A stretch of DNA of 64,000 nt from the IMG/VR virus record IMGVR_UViG_3300024346_000007. One strand, given 5' to 3'. Positions 37,613 to 47,274 of the stretch are shown here, one piece after another. The stretch is from a virus. Position 1 is the first letter of the stretch, and each line of letters starts with the position of its first letter. A program made the translations under genes and the position numbers. The notes under the pieces are model-generated. The model made no database searches. It was not told the DNA's origin and worked only from the letters and a program-made list of their open reading frames with translations.

Positions 37613-37623
37613 ATATATAAATA

Positions 37624-38835
37624 TTAAGTTAAACTAAAGCGAGTTTTGTAGTGATTGTAGTTTTGAGTTATTTCTGCTTGGGTAAGTGTTCTACTGTATA
37701 TTTTACCGACATATATGTTTCCGTCCATAAGATATGCCGGAGCCCATGGATATCTACCCACTTCAAAATTATTCCCTGTTCCTGTATACGCTGTTTGTGT
37801 TGATGTTACATCGTATACTCCGTTTACGTAGATTGTTTTTGAAGCTGTGGATTGGTTATATACCCAGTGTATTAAATAATACTTTCCAGCAGATAAAGTA
37901 ATAGTTCCTATTAGATCATTGTTATAAAAACCAAAATATGCTTTAGCTGTTCTTTCCCCTAAATGCAATCCATTAGAATTACTTGCAACCCCGTGTCCAA
38001 AAATAGCGTTATCAACACTGCCAGCTTTACTAACAGTATCAAATTTTACTACAGCTTCCATAGTCCACGAGCTACTATTTAAACTAGCATCAGTTACTCC
38101 ATTGGTTGATACATAATCATCAGTACCATCAAATACAATTTGTGCATTAGAATCAAAGGATACGCTAGTTAAATCTAAAGTCGCTGCTGGATTAGCTAAA
38201 TTTATCAAGCCTTGAGTAACTGATCTTGTACCATTTATAAATTGGGATATAGTAGTGCTATTTAGATCTTCTTTGAAAGGGCCAGCCCAATATATAGTAA
38301 TGGGAACATTTATAGTAGCTCCAGAAGGATTAATAGCCCAATACTTACCGTCAGTTCTTGTTACTGTATCATACCAAAGAACCTTAGCTCTAAACCACCC
38401 ATCTCCCATACTTTCGTATTGATCACTACTCTGCCAACCAGCAATGTTTGAATAGTTAGTAAATATAGGACTACTAAACATCGGGCCTACGGGTTTAAAA
38501 AAAATAGTATGCCCAGTATATCTGTTGGCTATACCTCCACCTCCGGTAGTTACTACTCCAATTCCTGGATTGTTACCATTGGTTAGGTAGGATACCCCTG
38601 TACTAGTTGTAGGGGTTATTACTTCTTTCCATATAGAGGCTCCTTTATAAGAATCGGATGTTTGAGTTAAGGTTATACTAACATCTCCACCTACGTTATT
38701 ATATATACTTATACCAGCATTTGCTATTAGATTATCAGTAGGTCTTCCTTTATAGCTATTTATTTTATCACCAGTATCATACGCAAATATGAGATTATTT
38801 GTTGTTACTTTACTGTATCCTTGTTGTCCTCCCAT
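37624..38835 (-). CDS. LamG-domain protein with an inserted domain
   Basis: LIFAYDTGD...FDGTDDY...IYSRTLTQAEITQNYNHYKTRF. Confidence 0.75.
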   Translation of the reverse strand: MGGQQGYSKVTTNNLIFAYDTGDKINSYKGRPTDNLIANAGISIYNNVGGDVSITLTQTSDSYKGASIWKEVITPTTSTGVSYLTNGNNPGIGVVTTGGGGIANRYTGHTIFFKPVGPMFSSPIFTNYSNIAGWQSSDQYESMGDGWFRAKVLWYDTVTRTDGKYWAINPSGATINVPITIYWAGPFKEDLNSTTISQFINGTRSVTQGLINLANPAATLDLTSVSFDSNAQIVFDGTDDYVSTNGVTDASLNSSSWTMEAVVKFDTVSKAGSVDNAIFGHGVASNSNGLHLGERTAKAYFGFYNNDLIGTITLSAGKYYLIHWVYNQSTASKTIYVNGVYDVTSTQTAYTGTGNNFEVGRYPWAPAYLMDGNIYVGKIYSRTLTQAEITQNYNHYKTRFSLT

Positions 38836-38836
38836 A

Positions 38837-40348
38837 TTAACTTAAATTAAAACGTGATTTATATGCGCGGTAGTTATTTGCTATTTCTGATTGGGTTAGA
38901 GCTCTGTTATATACTTTAACTACAGATATTTGTCCTCCCCATCTTTCACCATCTCCAACCCCATGAGCTCCTATTCTTAAGAATTCCCAATTTGTTATAT
39001 CAGAACAGACTGTATTGACCGTTTGAGATACTCCATTAACGGAATATATGATGGATCCTCCATTATAAGAAGCAACAACATGGTTCCATTGGTTTGCAGG
39101 TACAGTTAATGATCCTCCTCCACATGGCCAAAAGCCTAAAGTGTTATTAGGGTATATATATAAAGCATCATCTGAATTGAGGTTGCTTTGGACTATAGCT
39201 CTATATCCGCCATTATTTCTAGTATCATATACAATAGCTTCTATAGTCACATTTGATATGGTTTGTGCTGAGAAGGAAGTATTTATATAGTCATTTGTTG
39301 CATCAAATGTTATTTGGCTATTGGAATCAAAAGATACATTAGTAACGTCTATTGTTTTTCCAGTTACACTTAAATCCAATAAAGAATTTGTTACAGATCT
39401 AGTACCAGCTACAAATGTAGTTCTATGGGAATTTTGTTCTACTTGTATATTTGATATATCAACATCCATATTTGCAGCAGATGGAAACCAATATGAAATT
39501 AAAGCATTATGTGTTGCAGTAAATGTGTAGCTATTTCTTACCCACTCTCCCAAGGCTCCCCAAGTAGCATTCATACTATAATAACTATACCCTTCAGGGC
39601 CACTATAGTTATAATTTTGAAATTGTATATAGTTTCCTACTGCAGCAGCGTTGGCTGCCCTAGCCCAAAAGGATACCGTTGTGGTTGTTGATGGAGTTGT
39701 TGTAGCATCTACTCCATAAGCCATTCCATCAGTTACACCATCTGGTCTATGCCAATGTAATCTTACACAATCAGTTACAATTGCAGTATAGGGATCTTTA
39801 AATCCATTTGAAATTATTTCTTTAACTAACCCCGAATTAGGTACATGGGGAGGGCCCCACCACATAGTAGGAAAACTTGTAGAATTTATAGAAACTCTTG
39901 TATCAGTAGCTATGCTATCGTACACTTTAAAGGTTCCAGTAGATGTACTTATATACCCTTGAGAACCATCTTGGGAACCATTATATTCATGTAAACTAAA
40001 TTGAGTGTCAGATATTTTTTTAACAAAATAATTTGTTCCATTAGTAACACCGCCTCCAGTAGTCTGAGGTGTAACAGCGTCATATGTTCTTAAAGGGTGC
40101 GTTCCTGCTGTTGTTACGACATTGCTACTTACACTAGAGATTGTTCCTATACTAAAATAATTACCTCCGTTATATTGATTAACATTAAAAGTTCCCCAAC
40201 CATTTCCTATTTTAGGAATAGCATTAGTTTCTGGTGTTGGGAGAAGATTAGTAGTCGGCTCTCCTATATAGGAATTCCTTATATCTGCTACATCATAAGC
40301 AAATATTAGTGAGTCATTAACTGTATTAGGTCCTGATGATGATGGCAT
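38837..40348 (-). CDS. LamG-domain protein with inserted carbohydrate-binding-like domains
   Basis: LIFAYDVAD...FDATNDY...VYNRALTQSEIANNYRAYKSRF. Confidence 0.75.
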   Translation of the reverse strand: MPSSSGPNTVNDSLIFAYDVADIRNSYIGEPTTNLLPTPETNAIPKIGNGWGTFNVNQYNGGNYFSIGTISSVSSNVVTTAGTHPLRTYDAVTPQTTGGGVTNGTNYFVKKISDTQFSLHEYNGSQDGSQGYISTSTGTFKVYDSIATDTRVSINSTSFPTMWWGPPHVPNSGLVKEIISNGFKDPYTAIVTDCVRLHWHRPDGVTDGMAYGVDATTTPSTTTTVSFWARAANAAAVGNYIQFQNYNYSGPEGYSYYSMNATWGALGEWVRNSYTFTATHNALISYWFPSAANMDVDISNIQVEQNSHRTTFVAGTRSVTNSLLDLSVTGKTIDVTNVSFDSNSQITFDATNDYINTSFSAQTISNVTIEAIVYDTRNNGGYRAIVQSNLNSDDALYIYPNNTLGFWPCGGGSLTVPANQWNHVVASYNGGSIIYSVNGVSQTVNTVCSDITNWEFLRIGAHGVGDGERWGGQISVVKVYNRALTQSEIANNYRAYKSRFNLS

Positions 40349-40349
40349 G

Positions 40350-41045
40350 TTATATGAATCGTGTTTTAGTTGCGTTGTAGTTTTGCAATATCTCTTTACT
40401 TGTTAAGACTCGATTATATATGTGGCAGGCTGCTGTGTATCCGCTTGTAAATATTGTATTACTAATACTACCTAAACACCAACCATTTGATGATGATCTT
40501 AAAATTGTTCTTCCTGCAACTGATGTTGTTGTATTTTCAAAAACACCATTTACATACACTTGAAGTGATACACCAGCAGTCCAAACACCTGTAATATAAT
40601 ACCATTTATTAAGTGCTAATACTGATGTTGAGTCAACGCTTATTCCAACTGTTGATGGAGAGGTTGGAACGACTCCAATAATTGCATATCCAGTGTCTCT
40701 TACTGCATTAAATAAACTCCATCCATTACCAAACCCATCTCTTCCTCTTGATAAAATATATTTAATTTCAGAATAATTATCATTTTTAAACCAAACAGAA
40801 AATGTATAATTATCAGTTGCACTTCCAAAATAGGTAGTTGTAACAACATCGTCACTTCCATCAGTAAAAATAGAACCCCAATTACCAGAATTAAACGTAG
40901 GTCCGTTTGTTAGAGTTCCTAAATTACTATTGCCACTAATATCATACCATGTAGTACCGCTTCCTGGGTAGGACTTCTTATCGGCAGCATCTAATAATAA
41001 TACTAACCCATTTCTAACGATAGTAGGTCCATATATTTCAGCCAT
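40350..41045 (-). CDS. LamG/ConA-like lectin domain protein
   Basis: GLVLLLDAA...WYDISGN...IYNRVLTSKEILQNYNATKTRF. Confidence 0.8.
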   Translation of the reverse strand: MAEIYGPTIVRNGLVLLLDAADKKSYPGSGTTWYDISGNSNLGTLTNGPTFNSGNWGSIFTDGSDDVVTTTYFGSATDNYTFSVWFKNDNYSEIKYILSRGRDGFGNGWSLFNAVRDTGYAIIGVVPTSPSTVGISVDSTSVLALNKWYYITGVWTAGVSLQVYVNGVFENTTTSVAGRTILRSSSNGWCLGSISNTIFTSGYTAACHIYNRVLTSKEILQNYNATKTRFI

Positions 41046-41050
41046 ATAAC

Positions 41051-44000
41051 TTATTTATTTGTCAAATAGTCAATTTGTTTTTGTAAATCTTCTATTTGTT
41101 TTTGTTGTTCTTTTATACCTTCTATCAACAAAGGTATTATTTTTTCATACTTAACTGCTTTATACCCACTCTCTCTTGTAGTAACTACCTCTGGTAGTAC
41201 TTTTTCAAGTTCTTGAGCTATTACCCCTACGTCATGTCCTTGGTTTCCGTGATATTCTGGGTTGGTAAGCCAGTCAAACTCAACTCCCCTTATTTCATTT
41301 ATCTTTCCTATAGCATTTGCTATTTCTGTTACATTAATCTTAAACCTTTTGTCAGATGTGCTATAAGCAACTATATCATTTGTTGCATCTATCCTTCCTC
41401 TGGTAGTGGATGGTACAATATTTCCCACAGCTAATGAACCTGTGTATATTAAAACGTTACTTCCAGACACTCTTAGTGTAGATCCTGCTGAACTATACTG
41501 TCCTAAAGTAACAGTGTAGTCTGAGAATGCTTCTATTGCAGGTAGACCTGCTATTGTATTGGCAGAGAATATAGAGTCAGATAGGTCATCTGTGATCTCA
41601 AATAATCTACCGTTATTTCCATCTACTGAGAATAGAGAAGATGATGCTAAACTTCCTGACCCTATTATGTTTACTACGTTTGTAGAGCCTGATACTTGGA
41701 GTTTTGCTGTTGGTGTTGTGGTGCCTATACCTATGTCACCACCTTGAGTCATTACGAATCTGTTGGTAGATACTGATTCGTTACCTGTAAATAAAACTAC
41801 AAAATCGACAGCATTACACTCATGGTTAACTTTTAATCCAATAGTAGTGCCTGCTGTGCTCCCAGCTCTATAGACGTGTAAATCTGCTTGCGGACTTGTA
41901 GTACCTATGCCAACATTACCTGATGGTTCTATTAATAATCTTACGTTACCTCCGGCACTTCCATTTTCATTACCTATGACAAATTTACCTGAGTTTCCCC
42001 ACCCACCTTGTCCTACTACCCAAGAAGTATTAGTAGTACTTCCAGCAGTGTCAGAATAAAATCCCATAGCAGCCTCACCATTTGTTGAGGTTGGGCTTAT
42101 TCTTACTGATCCATAAGATAAAGTTCCAGCTACATGAAGTAAAGATTGAGGACTTGTAGTACCTATACCTACGTAGCCAGCAGAGGTGATACGCACTTTT
42201 TGTGAAGGATCTGCTGCATCACTGTTGGTATAAAAATCAAGGTAACCTGCACTATTCCCATCAGTGGCATTCTCTTTTGCCCCAACAATTGAACCAAATG
42301 GTCTGTAAGATCCTGCGGTATTATATCTGCCTCCTAAATGTAACGCTCCTCCCTTTCCTGAGCCAAATGTTCTATTGTCTAAGAATATAGGCCCATTTGT
42401 TGTTGAAGCATCATAAGATACAGCAAACTTTGACAGATAAGGTGTAGTTGTTTCACCTATTAATAAACTACCACCATTAGTTTGCATGGAAATGTTTTTC
42501 CATGCAACTCCTTGATGTACGGCATTAATCTGGGCAGCATCATTTGTTGTATCGTATCCTAATACTAATGCTTTACTAGGAGTTACTGTATTTGATACCC
42601 ATAAACCATATGTAGCTTCACTATTTTGTGTTAAAGAAGGACCTACAATATGTAATTTAACTGCTGGTGATGTAGTACCTATGCCCATCTTTCCATCAGA
42701 AGCTATATAAACAGTGCCCGGAACTCCATTAGCACCGTTAAAGTATATAGGCTTAGCTGCGTATTCACCTATGTAGAAAGTACTATCTGTTTCTAATATT
42801 AGATCATTAGTACCATAGATGCTTGCGTATCCTGATAATCTGTGTACATTTAAAGCATTTGATGCTGACGCTCCACTAATGTGTAGTTTAGCGTTTGGCG
42901 TCGTGATACCAATACCGACATTATTGCCGTTATTATATATCATAGCAGTGGTATTTTCTAAAGCATTACCTGCTGCATTATATCTTGGTACATAGTACGC
43001 TGTACCTGTTATAGTAGGGCTTACACCTGATGATCCGGATGTACCAGATGATCCATTCTGACCAGATGAGCCTGAAGAACCATTTTGGCCACTAGAACCA
43101 GAAGAACCTGAAGAGCCAGAAGTGCCAGTTGAACCGCTAGAGCCTGATGACCCATTCTGACCAGATGAGCCTGAAGAACCTGTGCTACCACTTGATCCAG
43201 TAGAACCTGAAGATCCAGAAGTGCCAGTTGAGCCAGAAGATCCTGAGGAGCCAGTAGAGCCTGAAGAGCCTCTTGATCCGCTTGAACCAGATGATCCAGA
43301 AGAACCTGAAGAGCCACTAGTGCCAGAAGATCCTGCAGCACCAGAAATATTATAATATAGTTGACCAGTTGTTGGATCTATTACTACAAACTGAGTTAGG
43401 CCTGCGTTAAGAGCTAGATTTTTTATAGAAACAGAGCCAGTAACTTTAACACTGCCTGTAAATTCATGGCTGTCAGATAAATTATCACCAAATATATTAG
43501 AACCACTAGAGTATATTACAGAGGAGCTTATAGTCTGTACTATTAAAGTGTTTGCTTGAATATTACCAGTTGCAAGAATGCTTCCTGTTAGTAATAACAC
43601 CCCATTATTAAAGCTCATACTGACTGATGCTGTAGCAGCATTTGTGCTATTATCAGCTAGTAGTATTCTACCTATAGCAGGAGTATGTATTGTATTGAAA
43701 CCAGTACCAGATGATCCAGATGTACCAGATGTGCCAGTACTTCCTGAGGTTCCTGAAGAACCAGACGTTCCTGTAGATCCGCTAGAACCTGAAGTTCCGG
43801 TAGATCCAGAAGAACCAGAAGTTCCTGTTGAACCTGAGCTACCTGAAGATCCTCTAGATCCAGAAGAACCAGATGATCCTGATGTACCTGATGTACCTGT
43901 AGAACCCGAAGTTCCGCTAGTTCCAGATGAACCGTTTTGTCCAGAGGATCCAGATGTCCCTGATGATCCTGAAGTTCCAGTAGAGCCTGAAGATCCGGAG

Positions 44001-46987
44001 GTACCAGTAGACCCAGATGATCCCGAAGTTCCACTTGTGCCGGAAGAACCATTTTGACCGGATGATCCAGATGAACCGTTTTGACCAGAAGAACCAGATG
44101 AACCAGTTGAACCAGAGCTACCAGAAGTGCCAGTTGAGCCAGATGATCCTGAGGTACCTGAAGTTCCTGATGAACCGGAAGTGCCACTAGTACCAGATGA
44201 ACCGTTTTGTCCAGATGATCCTGAGGTACCGCTAGATCCAGATGAACCTGAACTACCTGAAGTACCCGAAGATCCAGAGGTACCTGTACTACCTGAAGTT
44301 CCAGATGTACCGCTAGTACCTGAGCTACCGCTTGTACCTGAACTTCCAGAGGAGCCAGATGTACCAGAAGAACCAGAAGTACCCGAAGTTCCTGAAGAAC
44401 CTGATGTACCAAAAGTTTGTCCACTAGTACCTGCTGAACCAGATGTGCCTGCTGAACCAGAGGTTCCAGTAGAACCTGACGTACCTGCAGATCCAGAAGT
44501 ACCTGAAGTGCCAGAAGATCCAGATGTGCCTGAAGTTCCGCTGCTTCCTGATGATCCTGAGGTGCCAGTACTACCTGAGGATCCTGAAGACCCTCTAGTG
44601 CCAGAGGAGCCAGATGTACCAGAAGAACCAGAAGTACCTGATGAGCCTGAGCTACCAGATGAACCAGAAGTGCCAGAGGAACCGGATGTTCCAGATGATC
44701 CTGAGGAGCCAGCTCCTGTTACGTAACTTTTAATACCGTATATTCTTAGACTTTCTACGTACCATGTGCCTGCACCTGCTGTAGCAGTAACAGATACTGT
44801 TATTGCTTGACTTGTAGTTGCTAGTTCACTATATTTTAATACAGCTCCCATAGCAAATTGATCCCCAGCACCTGTAGCATCCCCTCTTAAAACTATTGAT
44901 CTTTTTACTACACCACCATATGAAAGATTAAATGTAGCTGTTGAGTTTGTATTTGCTTGAGTTAAATAGTCAATCTCAGCTTCAGCCATAATAAAATCAT
45001 ATGTATTGGCTGAGATTGTAAATGTTTTAGCGCTTGCATTTGTTGCTGTTCCCGTTGTTTCGATTTCATCTCTATATATTAGAGCAGAAGCCGATGGTAT
45101 AGTTACTGGGTCATATGAAAAACTAGTACCAGAAGTTCCAGATGATCCATTCTGACCAGAGGAGCCGGAAGAGCCGCTTGATCCAGAAGTACCGCTTGAC
45201 CCAGAAGAACCTCTAGATCCTGAAGAGCCAGATGATCCACTAGTACCTGAACTACCTGTTTCTCCTGAGGAGCCGGATGACCCTGTTTGACCAGATGATC
45301 CACTAGTACCTGTGGTTCCTGAGGTGCCGGTAGATCCAGATGATCCAGTAGTTCCAGAAGTTCCGCTAGTACCTGTAGACCCAGATGTACCAGAAGATCC
45401 TGTTACCCCACTAGTACCTGATGATCCACCTGTGCCAGAAGTACCAGTTGATCCAGATGTGCCAGATGTACCAGTTGATCCAGAAGAGCCGCTAGTTCCG
45501 GTGGAGCCGCTAGAACCAGATGTACCAGAAGAACCTGATGAGCCTGAACTTCCTGTAGAACCTGATGAGCCGCTAGTACCTGTAGAACCTGATGTTCCAG
45601 CAGTGCCAGATGATCCAGAGGAACCATTTTGACCAGATGATCCAGAGGTTCCGGATGATCCAGAAGATCCATCTCCACCACTAGCACCTGCTAGGTTAAC
45701 TTGCCAAGAACAATAATTTCCACTTCCGACAGTTACATTTGGAATACTATATACTAACACTCCTGTAGATGGGTTATATGATACTACACTTGCTTCTTGG
45801 TAATTATTAACATCATAAGACATTAAGAAAGTCTGTGCAGTAGAATAAGACAATCCTAACTCTACAGTAATAGATCCACTTTGTCCTAAAGTTGCACAAG
45901 TAGTGGAGGTAGTTAAGTATCTATCTCCAGATCTTCCAGCTGATCCAGATGTTCCACTAGTGCCAGATGTACCTGTTGATCCAGATGTTCCACTAGTGCC
46001 AGAAGTACCAGTAGAACCTGCAGTGCCAGATGTTCCCGTAGAACCAGATGAACCAGAAGTTCCGCTTGTTCCGGTAGATCCAGATGTACCTGAGCTGCCA
46101 CTAGTTCCAGAAGAGCCAGATGAGCCGCTAGTTCCAGAAGATCCTGAGGAGCCTGAGCTACCACTAGTACCTGTTGATCCAGATGAACCAGTACTTCCTG
46201 AACTACCTGAGGTTCCAGTTGAACCGGATGAACCAGTAGATCCAGAAGAGCCAGTAGATCCAGACGTACCTGTTGAACCGCTAGAGCCTGTTGATCCAGA
46301 TGTGCCACCACTTCCAGAAGAACCAGAAGTGCCTGATGTGCCACCACTTCCAGAAGAGCCTGAGGTTCCGGATGAACCAGATGTGCCGTCACTTCCAGTA
46401 GATCCGGAGGTTCCACTAGTTCCAGATGTTCCGCTAGCCCCACTGGATGAGTATTTGAACTCTCCAGTAATGGGATCTACTACAACAAATAAATCAGCAC
46501 TGCTTGTATATTGTAAGTGTGGATCATATATTGATCCTGATATATATAAAGATCCTGTAAATTCATGTGTATCATCTATGGTATCTCCAAATTTAGTAGA
46601 TCCAGATGCATATATTATTGACGAAGATTGATAAGTAACTATCAACATATCAATAGAAGCAGTACCACGTAGTACTAAATCTCCATATATAGACTGACTA
46701 CCATAAAAAATATTAGACCCCGTGGTAGCTAAAGATTCAGATTTTGCTACAAATACAGGATCTACTTCATCAAAATGAGATGCAGATATTGCATAACTTG
46801 CACTTATAGCCCATGATGCTGTTTGAGATACTCCTTCAAAAGACCCTGAGAAGGTTCCATTAAAAGAGCCTGTAAATGATCCTGTAAAAGAAGAGCTAAC
46901 AGAGTTAGCTACGATTGTATTGTATACCGTAACATTGTTATATGTAGCATTCCCATCCTGAGGGGTTATCTGGAGCCAAGTAGCCAT
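41051..46987 (-). CDS. Long tail fibre (1978 aa) with four Gly-Ser/Thr tracts and a C-terminal intramolecular chaperone (peptidase S74)
   Basis: GNVGIGTTSP repeats. C-terminal YSTSDKRFKIN...IRGVEFDW...GVIAQELEKVLPEVV...VKYEKIIPLLIEGIKE. Confidence 0.9.
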   Translation of the reverse strand: MATWLQITPQDGNATYNNVTVYNTIVANSVSSSFTGSFTGSFNGTFSGSFEGVSQTASWAISASYAISASHFDEVDPVFVAKSESLATTGSNIFYGSQSIYGDLVLRGTASIDMLIVTYQSSSIIYASGSTKFGDTIDDTHEFTGSLYISGSIYDPHLQYTSSADLFVVVDPITGEFKYSSSGASGTSGTSGTSGSTGSDGTSGSSGTSGSSGSGGTSGTSGSSGSGGTSGSTGSSGSTGTSGSTGSSGSTGSSGSTGTSGSSGSTGSSGSTGTSGSSGSSGSSGTSGSSGSSGTSGSSGTSGSTGTSGTSGSSGSTGTSGTAGSTGTSGTSGTSGSTGTSGTSGTSGSAGRSGDRYLTTSTTCATLGQSGSITVELGLSYSTAQTFLMSYDVNNYQEASVVSYNPSTGVLVYSIPNVTVGSGNYCSWQVNLAGASGGDGSSGSSGTSGSSGQNGSSGSSGTAGTSGSTGTSGSSGSTGSSGSSGSSGTSGSSGSTGTSGSSGSTGTSGTSGSTGTSGTGGSSGTSGVTGSSGTSGSTGTSGTSGTTGSSGSTGTSGTTGTSGSSGQTGSSGSSGETGSSGTSGSSGSSGSRGSSGSSGTSGSSGSSGSSGQNGSSGTSGTSFSYDPVTIPSASALIYRDEIETTGTATNASAKTFTISANTYDFIMAEAEIDYLTQANTNSTATFNLSYGGVVKRSIVLRGDATGAGDQFAMGAVLKYSELATTSQAITVSVTATAGAGTWYVESLRIYGIKSYVTGAGSSGSSGTSGSSGTSGSSGSSGSSGTSGSSGTSGSSGTRGSSGSSGSTGTSGSSGSSGTSGTSGSSGTSGTSGSAGTSGSTGTSGSAGTSGSAGTSGQTFGTSGSSGTSGTSGSSGTSGSSGSSGTSGSSGTSGTSGTSGSTGTSGSSGTSGSSGSSGSSGTSGSSGQNGSSGTSGTSGSSGTSGTSGSSGSTGTSGSSGSTGSSGSSGQNGSSGSSGQNGSSGTSGTSGSSGSTGTSGSSGSTGTSGSSGTSGSSGQNGSSGTSGTSGSTGTSGTSGSSGSSGSRGSSGSSGSTGTSGSSGSTGTSGSSGSTGTSGSSGTSGSTGTSGTSGSSGTGFNTIHTPAIGRILLADNSTNAATASVSMSFNNGVLLLTGSILATGNIQANTLIVQTISSSVIYSSGSNIFGDNLSDSHEFTGSVKVTGSVSIKNLALNAGLTQFVVIDPTTGQLYYNISGAAGSSGTSGSSGSSGSSGSSGSRGSSGSTGSSGSSGSTGTSGSSGSTGSSGSTGSSGSSGQNGSSGSSGSTGTSGSSGSSGSSGQNGSSGSSGQNGSSGTSGSSGVSPTITGTAYYVPRYNAAGNALENTTAMIYNNGNNVGIGITTPNAKLHISGASASNALNVHRLSGYASIYGTNDLILETDSTFYIGEYAAKPIYFNGANGVPGTVYIASDGKMGIGTTSPAVKLHIVGPSLTQNSEATYGLWVSNTVTPSKALVLGYDTTNDAAQINAVHQGVAWKNISMQTNGGSLLIGETTTPYLSKFAVSYDASTTNGPIFLDNRTFGSGKGGALHLGGRYNTAGSYRPFGSIVGAKENATDGNSAGYLDFYTNSDAADPSQKVRITSAGYVGIGTTSPQSLLHVAGTLSYGSVRISPTSTNGEAAMGFYSDTAGSTTNTSWVVGQGGWGNSGKFVIGNENGSAGGNVRLLIEPSGNVGIGTTSPQADLHVYRAGSTAGTTIGLKVNHECNAVDFVVLFTGNESVSTNRFVMTQGGDIGIGTTTPTAKLQVSGSTNVVNIIGSGSLASSSLFSVDGNNGRLFEITDDLSDSIFSANTIAGLPAIEAFSDYTVTLGQYSSAGSTLRVSGSNVLIYTGSLAVGNIVPSTTRGRIDATNDIVAYSTSDKRFKINVTEIANAIGKINEIRGVEFDWLTNPEYHGNQGHDVGVIAQELEKVLPEVVTTRESGYKAVKYEKIIPLLIEGIKEQQKQIEDLQKQIDYLTNK
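43025..46440 (-). repeat. Four coding (GSS/GTS)n tracts (~43025-43335, 43700-44710, 45125-45670, 45930-46440)
   Basis: Gly-X-Y periodicity interrupted by globular domains; boundaries approximate. Confidence 0.85.
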
Positions 46988-47038
46988 TTATACTTTTTAT
47001 TTTTGTAATCTCTCTTAGATATAAATATCCAGTAACTT

Positions 47039-47272
47039 CTAAAAAGAGTTATCTCCTAGATCAATAACTTCGTTACTTCCTGTATCGGCAAATGTTCCAA
47101 GGCCTGCTATGTATATAGAACCAGAATAAATGGAGGTTGGTCCTACTTCTTGAGACCCGCTTATCACTATTGCAGGCTTTGCAGAAGAGGTCTGTATAAA
47201 AGTTGTCATGCCAGAGAAAGTAAAATCTCCAGTCATATTTTTATTAAGTTGCTTTGATCTAATTAATGCCAT
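47039..47272 (-). CDS. Small hypothetical virion protein
   Basis: 77 aa in the operon; MALIRSKQL...IDLG pattern. Confidence 0.6.
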   Translation of the reverse strand: MALIRSKQLNKNMTGDFTFSGMTTFIQTSSAKPAIVISGSQEVGPTSIYSGSIYIAGLGTFADTGSNEVIDLGDNSF

Positions 47273-47274
47273 AG

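Noticed and set aside
14046-46440. Possible CRISPR array or DGR template/variable repeats
   Set aside because: The repeats are in-frame coding 9-nt units without unique spacers. No cas or reverse transcriptase gene is present, and no adenine-specific mismatch pair was seen.
14005-46631. Plus-strand Pro/Glu/Asp/Val-rich ORFs and alternative-frame minus-strand Leu/Val/Gln-rich ORFs over the GSS tracts
   Set aside because: Shadow frames produced by the Gly/Ser/Thr codon repeats; no independent starts or signals.
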